The notes beneath the pieces were generated by a model, which saw nothing but the letters and a program-made list of their open reading frames with translations, had not been told where the DNA came from and did no database searches. A program made the translations under genes and the position numbers. From Veleropilina oligotropha (lineage: Eukaryota): a DNA stretch of 49,330 bases. Below are positions 1 to 12,020 of the stretch, one piece after another. Positions within the stretch are counted from its first letter, which is position 1, and the number at the start of each line of letters is the position of its first letter. The stretch covers positions 1 to 49,330 of the forward strand of contig JBEUKZ010000056.1 in NCBI GenBank assembly GCA_048128005.1, read 5' to 3'.

Positions 1-1830
1 CAATTTTCGCCAGCAGCAACAAAATGTTAAACTGAAATTTGACTGTTATCATTGATTTTATAATTACAACAAATAGATTCCATTAGAATGTCATTGCGCA
101 CGGAAACTTAAAGCCACATTTGTCTTTCAAAGAACGGATGAAGCACAGTTGCACATTTTCAAGAAACAGTTATGCATTTTGATGCGTTTGTATAATTACG
201 CTGACAGAAATTGGATCACATCAAGAGCCATAGCTCGAATACCAGATAATCCCTGTGCACTGACATTTTAAGGCTTTTCATACGGAAGTCGTGCCACTAA
301 ACTTGATGTCCAAGAGAACTGGCAAATAAGGTGATCTAAAGAATGGTCAATTCTAAATATATATACATCATGTATGGGAACCGCTTAAATACAAAGGAGA
401 ATGTCGCGTATCTTGAACACAGGGCTATCCGTCTGGAATTGCCAATCAATTGTCAATTTGACCACATCTTCTTTTGGGTTTGGGTTGGACGGATATTTAT
501 TGTCTCCACTTTTGGTCCACTGTGATTGCTGTCTCCATACAAACTCGAGTCGAGGATTCGATCCCTCTCCGCGAACGCTTTAACCAGTTAGTCCACCGTT
601 GAGGCTGACACATCCTCAATCCAAATATATCAATACATTTATACTGTGTAATAGTATTTCTATAATAATTGGTAAATGCATAATGATGCCGAAGACGCAC
701 GCGTCCTGTAACCAAAATGCGGATTGCACAGTGTCAACATTTGGCTTGATTTACACCTGTTTCTTCACCAGTCATATTAATAATGCTTCGTAACATATCC
801 ATATGTTTAATTTAATATGGTGGAAGTGTAATTATTCGTACTTGCCACTATAATTATTATCTCAAACAACTGACACTCTTCAGCATTTTTTGTTATTATC
901 AGGAAGACGCAGTTTCTCCTGTACATGCATTAGCAGATTCAATTTAACTACAAAGATCGAAAATCGAAATGTTGACATTTTAGACTGAATTGATACCGAT
1001 TCCTGAAAGGAAATAATCATAAAAGCAAAGTTCACATGGAATTTGACGTCTGGTCTTTCGTAGAAGAGCGCTTAAAAGTGCACAATTTTCTAATCTAGAT
1101 TTGCTTTACGTTCGTTAATTAATTCACGAACTTAAATAATTTTCAAGTTTGAGCGTTCGACAATTCTGAGACGAATGTTCATACTTTGTATCGGAATGAT
1201 CCGCTAATTTCTACGAATGAAGTATCTGACGACGCCATATTGCATCTGAGCTGTCATCGGCACCACGCCATCGATTTGAACAACCTTTCGTCATTGTTCG
1301 ACTGGATCAATGGAATAGTCCAATTTCTAGTGGCACATTGATTCCATTTTCCTTTGGTGTTATAATCGATTTTTTCCGTAATTGTACCCTGTCCGAATTA
1401 TGAGATGTAAGAATAGAACAGTGTATCCGTCGGATGCGTGCCGCCATTCGATCAAAGACTTTCAAGTCTACCGAATAAATGCACCCAAGTCCTTGCACTG
1501 GTTGGTACCCATAAAATCTTATGAATAAATCTCAGTGCGAAGTAATGCTTTTACCATGTTCTGGTTTCACAAAATCTATAAAGATGCGAGGATTTTCCTT
1601 TTCACGGAAAATGCCGAAGTACACGACAAAATTTAATGTAAACAGGGGAAATCCGAGGAGATAGCAAAACAGACAACCGGATTTGACGTCCTAGAGTCCG
1701 GATTCTGTTTCCGACCTGGATCATAATCTAGTAGGACAGCAACTGGTTACCAAAGGCATTACATAAATAAAAATGAAGACAAATACTCTGAAAAACTATT
1801 TTGCCATTATCGGGACTCGAACCTCAGACT

Positions 1831-2149
1831 ATTATATTAGTAATAATACTCCGGTCTTATATAGCGCATTATTACGATAATGTCTTAATGCGCTGAACAT
1901 TATTACCCCTGGTTATGGGCCTGCACCACTCGATATGCCATCTCAACTCCCACAGGGATCATTACAGACATTTACACACCGGTAGCACCATTGAAACTGC
2001 CAACCATGTACCCACTCATTCAGATCGGTCGGGTGGACGGAGGCAAATATATGCTTATTGCCTTGCCCAAGTGAAATCGCCGATCTCGTAAAGCTAACCC
2101 TGGACTCTGTGACCAGAGTCATGTGAACAACCCACTGAGCCTTGACGGT
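1831..2149 (-). mobile_element. tRNA-derived SINE with conserved central domain and L2-like 3' tail
   Basis: Minus strand: degenerate tRNA head, then CTTGGGCAAGGCAATAAGCATATA..GCCTC..CACCC..GGGTAC, then GGGAGTTGAG..ACCAGGGGTAATAATG..AGCGC..GCGCTATATAA and a TAT-rich tail. Homologous to the split SINE at 20238-20343 + 34451-34686. Confidence 0.75.
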
Positions 2150-2936
2150 TTCAATTCCTAAAGTCGTGGACCAACGATGATACCACTTCGCTACACGGAT
2201 TGATTGCGAAATATTACTGCGATTTAGTTTAAAGCTTTGATCTGTATTGTGAAAATTTGCAAATTTAGCGGAAGTTGACAATATTAACTCACATTAGTTA
2301 AGTAGTTACTGAGGTGATATACCTAAAATGTTCAGGAAAGATAGATTACTGAATCATTGCTTAGTGGTGCAAACTATAACACGGTAGGCTATTTGCAGTA
2401 GCTACCTAATCTCAGTGGTTGCCGTGTATGGCTTTTAGTTACATTATCGCTTGATTGATTTCTAAAATGCTTATAAAGTTCATATTTCACATTATTTTTC
2501 AAATATATTTGCTGAAAACAATATAATTTCATCAGGAAATTAGATTACTGAATCATTTAATTATATTTGGCGAAATTAATTTTGACCGTATTTTTTAAAT
2601 AATATATTCCCATGGCCGTCATCTTGGGTGATGTAGATCGTATATAATTCATCATGTCATTGTATCGTGATCTAAAGAACATTTTGAGACTAAATTGAAG
2701 TTTCTACTACGAAGCGTTTCAAATAATATTGCAGCCGAAACACCGTAAATCGGATATTGCGTCATAAAATCCGGATCCGGATGATACTCCGGGCCATCTT
2801 CGAGGAAACCGAGCCATGGACACAACCTATATTGTGTAAAAAGTACAAGTTAATCGGATCAATAGTTTTTGAGCTATGTGAATGGACATACATACGTACA
2901 TGCATACATACATATATACGGGGTCGATTTCAATAC

Positions 2937-3066
2937 CATCGCCTCCCTTCCGTGAGTAGTCGGGGAATCTCCTCGCATCTCTTCCGTGAGTATTCTGTGA
3001 ATCATCGCCTCTCTTCCGTGAGTAGTCGGTGAATCATCGCCTCTCTTCCGTGAGTAGTCGATGAAT
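2937..3066. repeat. Four tandem copies of a ~32-bp unit CATCGCCTCTCTTCCGTGAGTAGTCGGTGAAT
   Basis: Directly visible head-to-tail units with no spacers. Confidence 0.9.
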
Positions 3067-3099
3067 CCAGACAATTTCACGATAGCACAGATTACTCAT

Positions 3100-3720
3100 T
3101 TACATTAAGATGAAAACTTCAAGATTTAATGCTTGCTCATTTACAAATACAAGAAGTGATATCGATTCTACGATATAACTCAAATCTACTATTGTTGTCA
3201 AAACCGTGTTTTCCGATGCATAACGTTTGTACCATGTCATTGAAATATTACCAATTTGTAGAGAGGTAGCTTTTCTATTTGAAAATAATGATCGATATGC
3301 AATAGTCAAAAGCTTTTTGTATATCAACCAGGACTGAACCAGTAACATTTCCTTTGTCAAATTCAAACAACCACTTATCTGTCATTTCTGCCAGAGCAAT
3401 AATTTTAGCGAAACCATGAAGGTGATTATTGATATTTATATATGTTTGAAATTGTTTTCCAATATGATGTTCTATTATTTTTTATACTGTTAGCAAATAG
3501 ATATCACCTATAATTTTCCATTCCCTTCTTGTTTCTCTTCTTATATAAATGGGTACCATTTTTCCATTCTTTCGGAAAAGTGGATTTGTAAATTGTAACT
3601 GTCAAAGACTCAATAGAGACTGTCAAATATTTGGAGTACACAATTATTTAAAAGCATAGGTTCAGGCTCATCTAATCTGGGTGATTTTGTGACATTAATG
3701 TTCTCTGGTGCCTTTTTCTA
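3100..3720 (-). pseudogene. Highly degenerate LINE (CR1/L2-group) RT fragment
   Basis: Minus-strand translations FPKEWKNG..YK (~3545-3580) and FDKGNVTGSVLVDIQKAFD (~3305-3362) are typical non-LTR RT motifs. Many stops and frameshifts. Confidence 0.65.
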
Positions 3721-4676
3721 TGTCTACTCATGTGATATATGATATTACCCTCGCCTCCGGAGGAGAGGCGAGGGTAATGTCATAGACTTCTTATGTATGT
3801 ATGTATGTATTATGTCTGTATGTATATTTGTATGTTCATTCGCATAACTTGAAAAAATATTGATCTGATTTTCTTGAAATTTGTATCGATGGCTCTGTCC
3901 TCCACGAAGATGGTCGGGATTGTGACCTAGGTCCGGATTTTATGACGCAATATCCGATTTACGGATTTTCGGGTATAGGGTTAAAACGCTTCGTCGCGCA
4001 AACTTCAAATTAGGCTCAAAATGTTCTTTAGATCAGGAGCCTATGACAACATGAATTATATAAAATCTACATCACACAAGCTGGCCGCGAGGGGAATTTA
4101 AAATTTTCAAAATAGGGGATCAATTTCTATTTTCGACAAATCGAATTAAGTTGTGAAAATTCGTTATACGAATCGTCGTCCTGTTGAAATTATATTGATA
4201 TCAGCATAAATATTTAGAAAATAATGTGGGATGTGATCTTTATAGGCCTAAGCATTTTAGAAATCAACAGAAGCAATATGCAATTAGGGGCGGTAAATCG
4301 GTAACCACTGACACCAGACACCTCAAATTTTAACAAGTGACAGAGTGCGACAGCTCTTATCGATATACCTTGTGTATTAGAGCGAATTTGTAGCAATAAT
4401 TTTTGTTCCGAAGTTAAAAACGTCGAGACATTGCGATATTTGAGATAGCTCTTTAAATATTAACGACGTTAAGCAAGGTTACCGTAATCTACTCGCTTTA
4501 GTAACTATTGAGTTATTGCGAGTTAAGTATTGTAACCTTCGGCAAAATTTACAGATATACAAAACGATCAACAAAATTTAATATTATAGCCTAAAATCGC
4601 AGTAACAGCTAGATTTGTCTGAGTAGCTCAAACGGGTAAAGCGTTGTCGAGATATCTTGCGGTAACTGCCTCTCTA

Positions 4677-5630
4677 CAAGGTTCCGTCTTAGGTCCGATT
4701 CTGTTTTCGATGTATGTCACACCCGTAGCAGAGATTGCCTCCAAATATAATCTGTCCTATCATTTCTACGCAGATGACAGTCAAATATATGTTGCATTTG
4801 ATCCCAAAAGCTCCTTCAAGGCAAGCCTAGACATATTGGAGAGCTGTGTTTCAGAGATCAAACACTGGATGTGCACAAACATGCTGAAACTCAATGATGA
4901 TAAAACTGAGTTTATTATATTTGGCTCAAGAAGTAACATCACAAAGGTCCGAGATGTAAACCTACAAGTTGGTGAAACTGAAATAAACTCCAGCGAATTT
5001 GTAAGAAATTTGGGTGCTTACTTCGACAACACTATGTCGATGGAAAAATTCGTCTCTGATAAAGTTAAATGCTCATTATTCTTTCTAAGAAACATCAGAC
5101 GCATCCGTCGTTTTTTAACACCAGATGCAACGAAGCTTCTTGTGCATGCATATGTCATATCTCGCCTTGATTATTCCAACAGTTTACTTTTCGGAATAAA
5201 CGCAAGCCTCATTAACAGATTGCAGCAAGTTCAGAATGCCGCAGCCAGGCTGATTTTACTTGCCCAGCCAAGGGACCATGCAACCCCGCTGCTATATAGC
5301 CTACACTGGCTCCCTGTTGAGAAACGGATTATCTTCAAAATTCTTACATTCGTTTACAATTCTCTTCAAGGAAAAGCGCCTGGATATATTATTGAACTTC
5401 TGGCTCAATATCGACCTATTAGAGCACTTAGGTCGCAGCAATTACAACAGTTGACAGAGAATAGAACAATGAATAAATATGGCGATAGAGCATTTATCAA
5501 CAATGCCCCAAAACTCTGGAACAAACTCCCATCTAAAGTAAAGGAAAGCACATCTCAGACAAGTTTTCGGAAGACGTTGAAAACACACCTATTTGCTGAT
5601 GTATATGCCAACCTGATCAAATCTCACTAA
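4677..5630 (+). CDS. L2 ORF2 C-terminal fragment (RT domains 4-7 plus C-terminal region), uninterrupted
   Basis: QGSVLGPILF, YADDSQIY, LKLNDDKTE, SRLDYSNSLL, LHWLPV..RI.FK. The ORF-track start at 4644 lies in flanking DNA. Confidence 0.9.
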   Translation, partial: QGSVLGPILFSMYVTPVAEIASKYNLSYHFYADDSQIYVAFDPKSSFKASLDILESCVSEIKHWMCTNMLKLNDDKTEFIIFGSRSNITKVRDVNLQVGETEINSSEFVRNLGAYFDNTMSMEKFVSDKVKCSLFFLRNIRRIRRFLTPDATKLLVHAYVISRLDYSNSLLFGINASLINRLQQVQNAAARLILLAQPRDHATPLLYSLHWLPVEKRIIFKILTFVYNSLQGKAPGYIIELLAQYRPIRALRSQQLQQLTENRTMNKYGDRAFINNAPKLWNKLPSKVKESTSQTSFRKTLKTHLFADVYANLIKSH

Positions 5631-5997
5631 CAATTCAGCTGACATCGTAATAGGAGGACAGTAATGACTGCTTCACATCTGTTCATTGTTATTGCTTATA
5701 GCATTCATCATATGTATCATTCAAAGTTGGTTGAAGTACGCAGGGGCGGCTTCACCTCTTCACCTCTTTGTCTGATTGCGCTTGTAAAAAAAAAAATTAA
5801 TAAAATTGAAAATACTCAACAAAAAAATATTCTGTTTATTATTATTGCTTATTGCATTCATAGTATGTATCATTGATGTCTCTCCTGTATATTCTTGTGT
5901 ACATTGTACTGTAATATTAGTTATAGTTTGTACTGCGCTTAGAGCTACACTAGAATAGGCGCATTATAAATGTATTAAATAATAATAATAATAATAA
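4678..5997 (+). mobile_element. 5'-truncated L2-clade LINE
   Basis: RT C-terminal half, 3' UTR ending GCGC..GGCGCATTATAAAT, and a (TAA)n tail at ~5978-5997. Confidence 0.9.
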
Positions 5998-6208
5998 GGG
6001 GTTCGACTTCCGTTACCTCCACATTTCTAAAAAAAGTTTACTTAAATTTTGTTATGATTTGTAATTACATTTTTATTATTGTAATTCATGTGCAGAAATA
6101 TTGATCGTCGACATTTCTAACTTTCACCATCGTGAAAAAGACTTTTATATAGGGTCATATATTCTTCGGATAAGTCTTCTATAATATTTGTGTAAACGTG
6201 TATATATA

Positions 6209-6805
6209 TACTCAACCAAAAAAGAAACGCACATCCCAATTGTAGATAATGTTACTAGGTAAATACCAATTTGCGAAAATTTAAAGCAAGAAAACATTTC
6301 CGAGACACCAACTTTCTTTCCCTCAGTAATGAAATAAATTAAAGATAATTATTCCCTGCCAAAAAATGTGAGGGGGTTATTAAATTGCAGATCATCCGAG
6401 CTTGCGCGTGTACGACCGCTCGTGCAAATTATCTTAAATAACAACAAGGGCAATAACTCTGTCAATAATCGCCTGACAACATTAAAATTTACAAAGCCAC
6501 CAGTCCACCAACTGCTTAATACACCCAACAAATTTCATAAGATATGTTGAGCGGTTTATGAGATACGGTCCGGAAAAGATAATTTGCACGGACGGACGGA
6601 CGGACGCACGCATGCACGGGCGGTTCGAATATTAATATTCTCCGCAATTATTTTTTGGTCGAAAAAAATTATCTTTCATTTATTTCATTTATAGAGGAAA
6701 TAAAGTTAGAGTCACAGATATGTTTTCTTGCATTAAATTTTGGCAAATTGTTAACCTAGTGAAATTATATAAAAGTGGGGTGTGCGTTTCTTTTTTGGTT
6801 GAGTA
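6209..6805. mobile_element. Tc1/mariner-like MITE with ~140-bp imperfect TIRs, carrying an internal Helentron-like insert (~6350-6665)
   Basis: TACTCAACCAAAAAAGAAACGCACA at the left end, its exact reverse complement ending at 6805, and TA flanks. The internal (CGGA)n tract is typical of Helentron-associated elements. Confidence 0.75.
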
Positions 6806-6946
6806 TAGTTCGAGATACCGTAAATTTATGTAATGTATATATTTATCAGCTTTCGAGAGCTGCCATTATAATTAATGATGATCTGTTATATATCGTTTTA
6901 TTTCATTATACATTATGTGATATGTACGGCGGCTCATAAGTGACAA

Positions 6947-7097
6947 TTATTTTTTTAATATACTATTTATATTTTTAATTTACTAATTATTATTTTAATT
7001 AACTATTTATTCTTTTAATTTATTATCTATTTTTTTAATTTACTATTTATTTCTTTAATTTAATATTTATTTTTTTAATTTTTTAATTATTTTTTTA
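6947..7097. repeat. ~21-bp AT-rich tandem repeat (TTTTTTAATTTACTATTTAT)
   Basis: About 7 degenerate units. The reverse complement of the unit recurs at 10302-10346. Confidence 0.75.
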
Positions 7098-7866
7098 GTT
7101 ATTGCATTAGTTTTTCCGAACACTTGCTCTCGCACAGGCGTCGAAATGTGAGATAGTGAGAAAGCGATTAGCGAGAAAACGAGTGTCAGGAATTTCTTTC
7201 CCGTGGGGTTTCATCCCCACGCGGAGTTTTCATATACAGATATATGCGTTACTTGGTTATACATTGCAATATTTCTGTCAGTTACATGATCCCGGCCGAT
7301 CCATCCGGCCAGTTATTGAAAACTGTGACTGATAAATGAACAATAAATGCTATTGTCTCAATCGATATTCGAACGTACTTCTTTTGGACAGAGCAGTCAA
7401 TTCCAGCGAATTCAGTGTCGGCATTCGATACCACTTGGTCACCGAAGCGGCCCACCTAGCTACATCTTGACCTTGTTGAATCAAATGATCATGTGAACAA
7501 TTTGAATCATTGCGAAATATTATGTTTTAATAACATTAATTGTTACATGACCTGGTATTTTCGCCCATTCTCATTGGCTAAATGTCGATCACGTGACATT
7601 GATTATGACGTTATGTTCGTGTTGTGTCAGGTCAATATAACGAATCCGTTGATATTCTAGTCTGATTGGCCAGAAGAGTGTCACGTGATCGCTCGCCAGG
7701 TCAATATAACGAATCCGTTGACTTGTTCCGCTCCCATTGGCTAAAAGGTGAATCCGTTGATTTGTTCTGCTCCTATAGTCTAGAAGCACATATTATTTAA
7801 TGCTGCCTGTGTAACTATGTATACAGTAACCATGAGGGGACTGGTGATTAATTGACGTCATATAAC

Positions 7867-8013
7867 AATATAATTATTGACTGTTATTTCGATGAATATA
7901 ATGATTTATTCACCTCGGAAAGTGATATTCACCTCGGTTTCGCCTCGTTAAATATCACATTCCTTGGTGGATAAATCATTATATTCACCGAAAAAACAGT
8001 CAATAATTGTATA
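7867..8013. mobile_element. Palindromic MITE
   Basis: Arms AATTATTGACTGTT..GAATATAATGATTTAT and its reverse complement, around a central CCTCGGTTTCGCCTCG. Confidence 0.7.
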
Positions 8014-9039
8014 TTCATTTTTGCAGAACATATCCATGATATTAGCCTGTTGCTTGAAAAAAACAGGCCCTTACTGTGAGTTATGGACAACTTTGACTGT
8101 ATTCATATGGTGGGGTCTTATCTTGCATTGTCGTTCTAAAATCGTCACTCGCTTAAAACAGTTTCTGAAATCGTTTTCTCGCTATTTTATTCCAGTCAAT
8201 CCAAGGCAAAAATGGTCCAAACCCACCACAAATTCCGATATTAATGGCACTGGTATCATTTTCTTAGCAAATTTTGTCTATAGTAATTAACATGTTAAAA
8301 ATCAATCAAAATCAGAAAAGTGGAACAGTTTCATTTTTCGTAGGAATCCAAGCACAATTCCGTGAAAAAATTATGCATTTATTAAACCGATATGCATAAG
8401 CACTCCTGCGTATTTGTAGGCACAACCTCCGCAAGTGAAGCTGTTATACTCGCTATCCATTCTAAGTTAAATCCAGGTTAACATTTGTGCCCACCTTACG
8501 CAACCGTGTTGTGATTTTTAGGTTTACTGTATAAGTATATATATGTTAGTATATGATATGATAACGTTAATATCTTTTACTTTGTCTCCGCAATAATGCG
8601 GGAAATCATTGCCATTCCAATTAAAATGGATTATGGTTCAGTTAAGAAAAATATAATTTTGAATATATAAAGTAAATAAATACTTATATACTTGTTATAA
8701 AATGTTCTTAATCACTACTGGTCATTAGTAAGTGATAAGATAATTTATCATCTCCAAAAGTGGGCTAACGTTCGGGTTATCCGTTACAGATCTAAATCAG
8801 GTAGCGATGTACCCACCTTGTCGTGATGCTTACTCTCTGATTATATTTTATCAAAGCATAATGCACATACTTTGATTTGAATCAGTTTAATTTTATGACA
8901 ACATTCTGAGTGAGGAAATGGCAGAGATGGATCTGAAGGAGGATGCTGCGCAGGACTGTGGAAATGGGGAAGGAGACTTCAGACCGCTGAACCATGACCG
9001 GCATAACGCGAGGGCAAATAAGATGGACATCAGTCATGT

Positions 9040-9600
9040 CTAAAACCACAAGATGGACGTGATACTAGACATTCCGGTCAGGTTATTCGAATCAATTTAT
9101 CAGTGACATGCGGTGCACAATTCGCCCTTGTATATCAACGTTAATAAGCATAGATATCTTGATGATATCAGTATGAAGCTTGAACCAAAGGCTGCAAAGT
9201 ACTTCATCTCATGACATATTATGTTGATGTATTATTCGGTAAGGCCGATATTAAATTGCAAAACACCATAGCTCACTGGAGATGACACATTTGCTTGTCT
9301 TACCACCATATTAAATCCACTAAACCAGGTTTAAAAAAAAATCAAAATTCCACGCAAAGAAACCAGAATGATTTTGGAACATTGAGCAACTTAAGCATTC
9401 TCTTGGCAAGGATGCAGTATCTCCTATTTGTTCAAGCCATTTTGGGCTGTGGCACCATTTCTCGGATATTTCGCATTGTCAAATTTGTTTTCTACAGAAG
9501 CGTAGTACTGTCGCAATCACTATATTTTTTAATCCGAATATTCGGATTAGTGTGGTATATCTGCAAAGCCTATGATTTTCATTCAACATGAATAAAGGAA
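9040..9600 (+). pseudogene. Degenerate XPG/FEN-like nuclease region, probably Academ-type transposase C-terminal part
   Basis: LLFVQAILGCGTISRIFRIVK resembles the H3TH motif HA..GCDT.S...IGK. A GDDT-like motif lies upstream at ~9278. Confidence 0.5.
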
Positions 9601-10346
9601 ACGACGACAGCAAAGGATATCTGTTTAAATATTACTTCTGCACCATTTAACACTCTTCATGATCACATCGGAACATGTCAATATTATCACTGGAGGAATA
9701 ATCGGTTACCATTGATCACCCACCCGCCACGTCCAGTTATGGCAGTGTGTGGCAGAGGATTCGAAGCCATTCCTGCGAAAACAGAAATTAGTAGTCCCTA
9801 CAAGTGATTTTGGATCGACACACTCGGCCAGTGGACGGCCACTGCACCGTCGCAGTAATACTACGATGTTCGACACATACAAATAGTTGAAAACATCAAA
9901 GAATCTTAAAAAGAAGCAAAAATGTTTCGATGCAAATAATCCTTAGATATTTTGCGGTACGGATCTATGGATAATGTACCATTTAACACCCATACAAGGA
10001 CATAATCGTATTATTGTGGGAGAAAAGCCAGGTGGCCCGGGGAAAACCAGTTATCGATGTCCAGAGAGCCAAATATTGACAACTGTGACTGTTAACTTCA
10101 TACAGGTCTCAACCAATTTGTACCGTCGCATCATCGCGTAAGATGGAACGATAACCATGTGGCATTGCGATGCGATGGCACGATATGCGATGGTACGAAG
10201 CTATTGAACAATCGCTTCAACGTTATCGTGTCGGAATATCGTCGCTTTCTCACTGTCTCGATTTCTTGCACTTCGTAGCCGGCCTATAATACAAATTTCT
10301 GAAAATAAATAGTAAATTAAAAAAATAAATAGTAAATTAAAAAATA

Positions 10347-11300
10347 ACTAGAACGCCCAGTCACGAGTGACCGCATGCATATGTATCCCCAGTAATCCAG
10401 GATGGAATGCACATACCAAATTTGAAAGCATTCCGTTAGGAAAATACCTGTCTAGAGCGATCACAAGCAATTATGCTTTAAAATCCAAGATGGAGGCCAC
10501 AGCGGCCATCTTGGAGGTCGGACCACACCCAAATTCTATAGGTGTCGTGTCCCCGCCACATCCAATGCACATACAAAATTTGAAAACATTCGGTTAAGAA
10601 ATGGTCTGTCTAGAGCAATCACAAGCATTTATGGTGGCCGTGGAGGCCATCTTGGAGGTCGGACCACTCCCAACATATATAGGTGTCGTATCCTCGCCCC
10701 AACCAATGCACATACCAAATTTGAAAACATTCCTTTAAGAAATGGCCTGTCTAGAGCGATCATAAGGAATTAAGCTTTATAATCCAAGATTGAGGCCACA
10801 GCAGTCATCTTGGTGGTTGGACCACACCCAAAATATATGTGTCGTGTCCTCGCCCCAACCAATGTACAAACAAAATTTGAAAAAAAGTCGGTTAATAAAT
10901 GGCCTGTCTAGAGCGATCACAAGGAGTTATGCTTAAAATCCGAGATGGAGGCCACAGCGGCCATCTTGAAGGTCGGACCACACCCAATTGCTATAGGTGT
11001 CGTGTCCTCGACCCAACCAATGCACATACCAAATTTGAAAACATTCCGTTAAGAAACGGCCTGTCTAGACCGATCACAAGGAATTATGCTTAAAATCCAA
11101 GATGAAGGCCACAGCGGTCATCTTGGAGGTCAGACCACACCCAAATTATATAGTGTGTCGTGTCCTCGCCCTAACCAATGCACATACCAGATTTGAAAAT
11201 ATTCCGTTAAGAAACGGCCTGTCTAGAGCGATCACGAGGAATCTCTCGGCGGACGCGGCGTAACGGACGCTAAACCATAGTATCCCCCGACACTTACAGA
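10347..11300 (+). mobile_element. Helentron-like element with a central tandem array
   Basis: Begins AACTAG, contains a ~157-bp tandem array, and ends with CGGACG motifs and ATAGTATCCCCCG. Confidence 0.6.
10407..11240. repeat. ~157-bp tandem repeat, about 5.3 copies
   Basis: ATGCACATACCAAATTTGAAAACATT-like unit starts recur at ~10407, 10565, 10706, 10862, 11020, 11178. One unit is shorter (141 bp). Confidence 0.9.
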
Positions 11301-11322
11301 AGCAGGACCCATCAGTAGTTAA

Positions 11323-11431
<109 letters not shown>

Positions 11432-11854
11432 TTCAGATTATCAACCAATCAGCATACTCCCTTCAATCATGTGATGATCAAGTGATTACTAAAAATGGCG
11501 ACTACATGAGAATAAAAATTTAATGAACAAGGAGAATAGTCGCCGTATAATATTTATATTACCATTATCCATGTTAGATGATGCATCGAAGGATGCATCA
11601 TTCTGATTTAATTCAATGATGTGGCTTATGTTAGGCCATAAGTTGGGTCCTCATTACGGAACTCTTTCACTAGATTGGGCTATTAAACTTTTTGTCGCTT
11701 GCGACGAAAGTTGCCCGTGTGCGGACACCTGATGATTTATCGCTGACGACAAAAATTGCTCATCGCAAACGACAAATGTTGCCCGTGTGCGGTGGGCTTT
11801 AGGTTAATTAATAGATAGGGATATTATAATTCAAATTAAAAGCATGATAAATTC

Positions 11855-12020
11855 GTTGTCGAATATTCGCCTTGGTAGTATATGGTACGGGGTACACATA
11901 TTGACGTTGACCTCCTCGGCTATCGCCTCGGGGTTTAACATCAAACGGTGCACAACGTATAGGCTAGGCAACGAACTAGCCTAGTACCGTATACTACCGC
12001 GACGTCGCTAGACAACTTAT
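11855..12020. mobile_element. Degenerate palindromic MITE
   Basis: GTTGTC..GGTAGTATATGGTAC versus GTACCGTATACTACC..GACAAC, with central CCTCGGCTATCGCCTCGG. Ends resemble those of 17722-17828. Confidence 0.55.

Larger units (their letters stand above)
1645..3066 (-). mobile_element. Helentron-like non-autonomous element, copy A (interrupted by a SINE)
   Basis: 2600-2920 and 2200-2330 are reverse-complement homologues of 3790-4100 and 4480-4610. Carries a (TACA)n tract at ~2887-2918. End motif at ~1648-1669 matches the reverse complement of ~36948-36968. Superfamily is inferred from architecture only. Confidence 0.55.
3744..6150 (+). mobile_element. Helentron-like non-autonomous element, copy B (interrupted by an L2)
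   Basis: Starts with a 14-bp-stem hairpin ATTACCCTCGCCTC/GAGGCGAGGGTAAT (3744-3778), then (TATG)n. Homologous to copy A. 6055-6133 matches 36868-36925. Confidence 0.55.

Noticed and set aside
535..605. tRNA-like segments as tRNA genes (also 4615-4680, 9720-9840, 34610-34686)
   Set aside because: Only A/B-box remnants without a complete cloverleaf. They are SINE heads or element modules.
1..1600. Short ORFs or possible host exons here and at 12400-12830
   Set aside because: No recognisable domain or coherent exon structure. Small exons cannot be excluded without transcript data.
2937..3066. CRISPR-like ~32-bp repeats
   Set aside because: No spacers, no cas genes, eukaryotic context. It is a simple tandem repeat.
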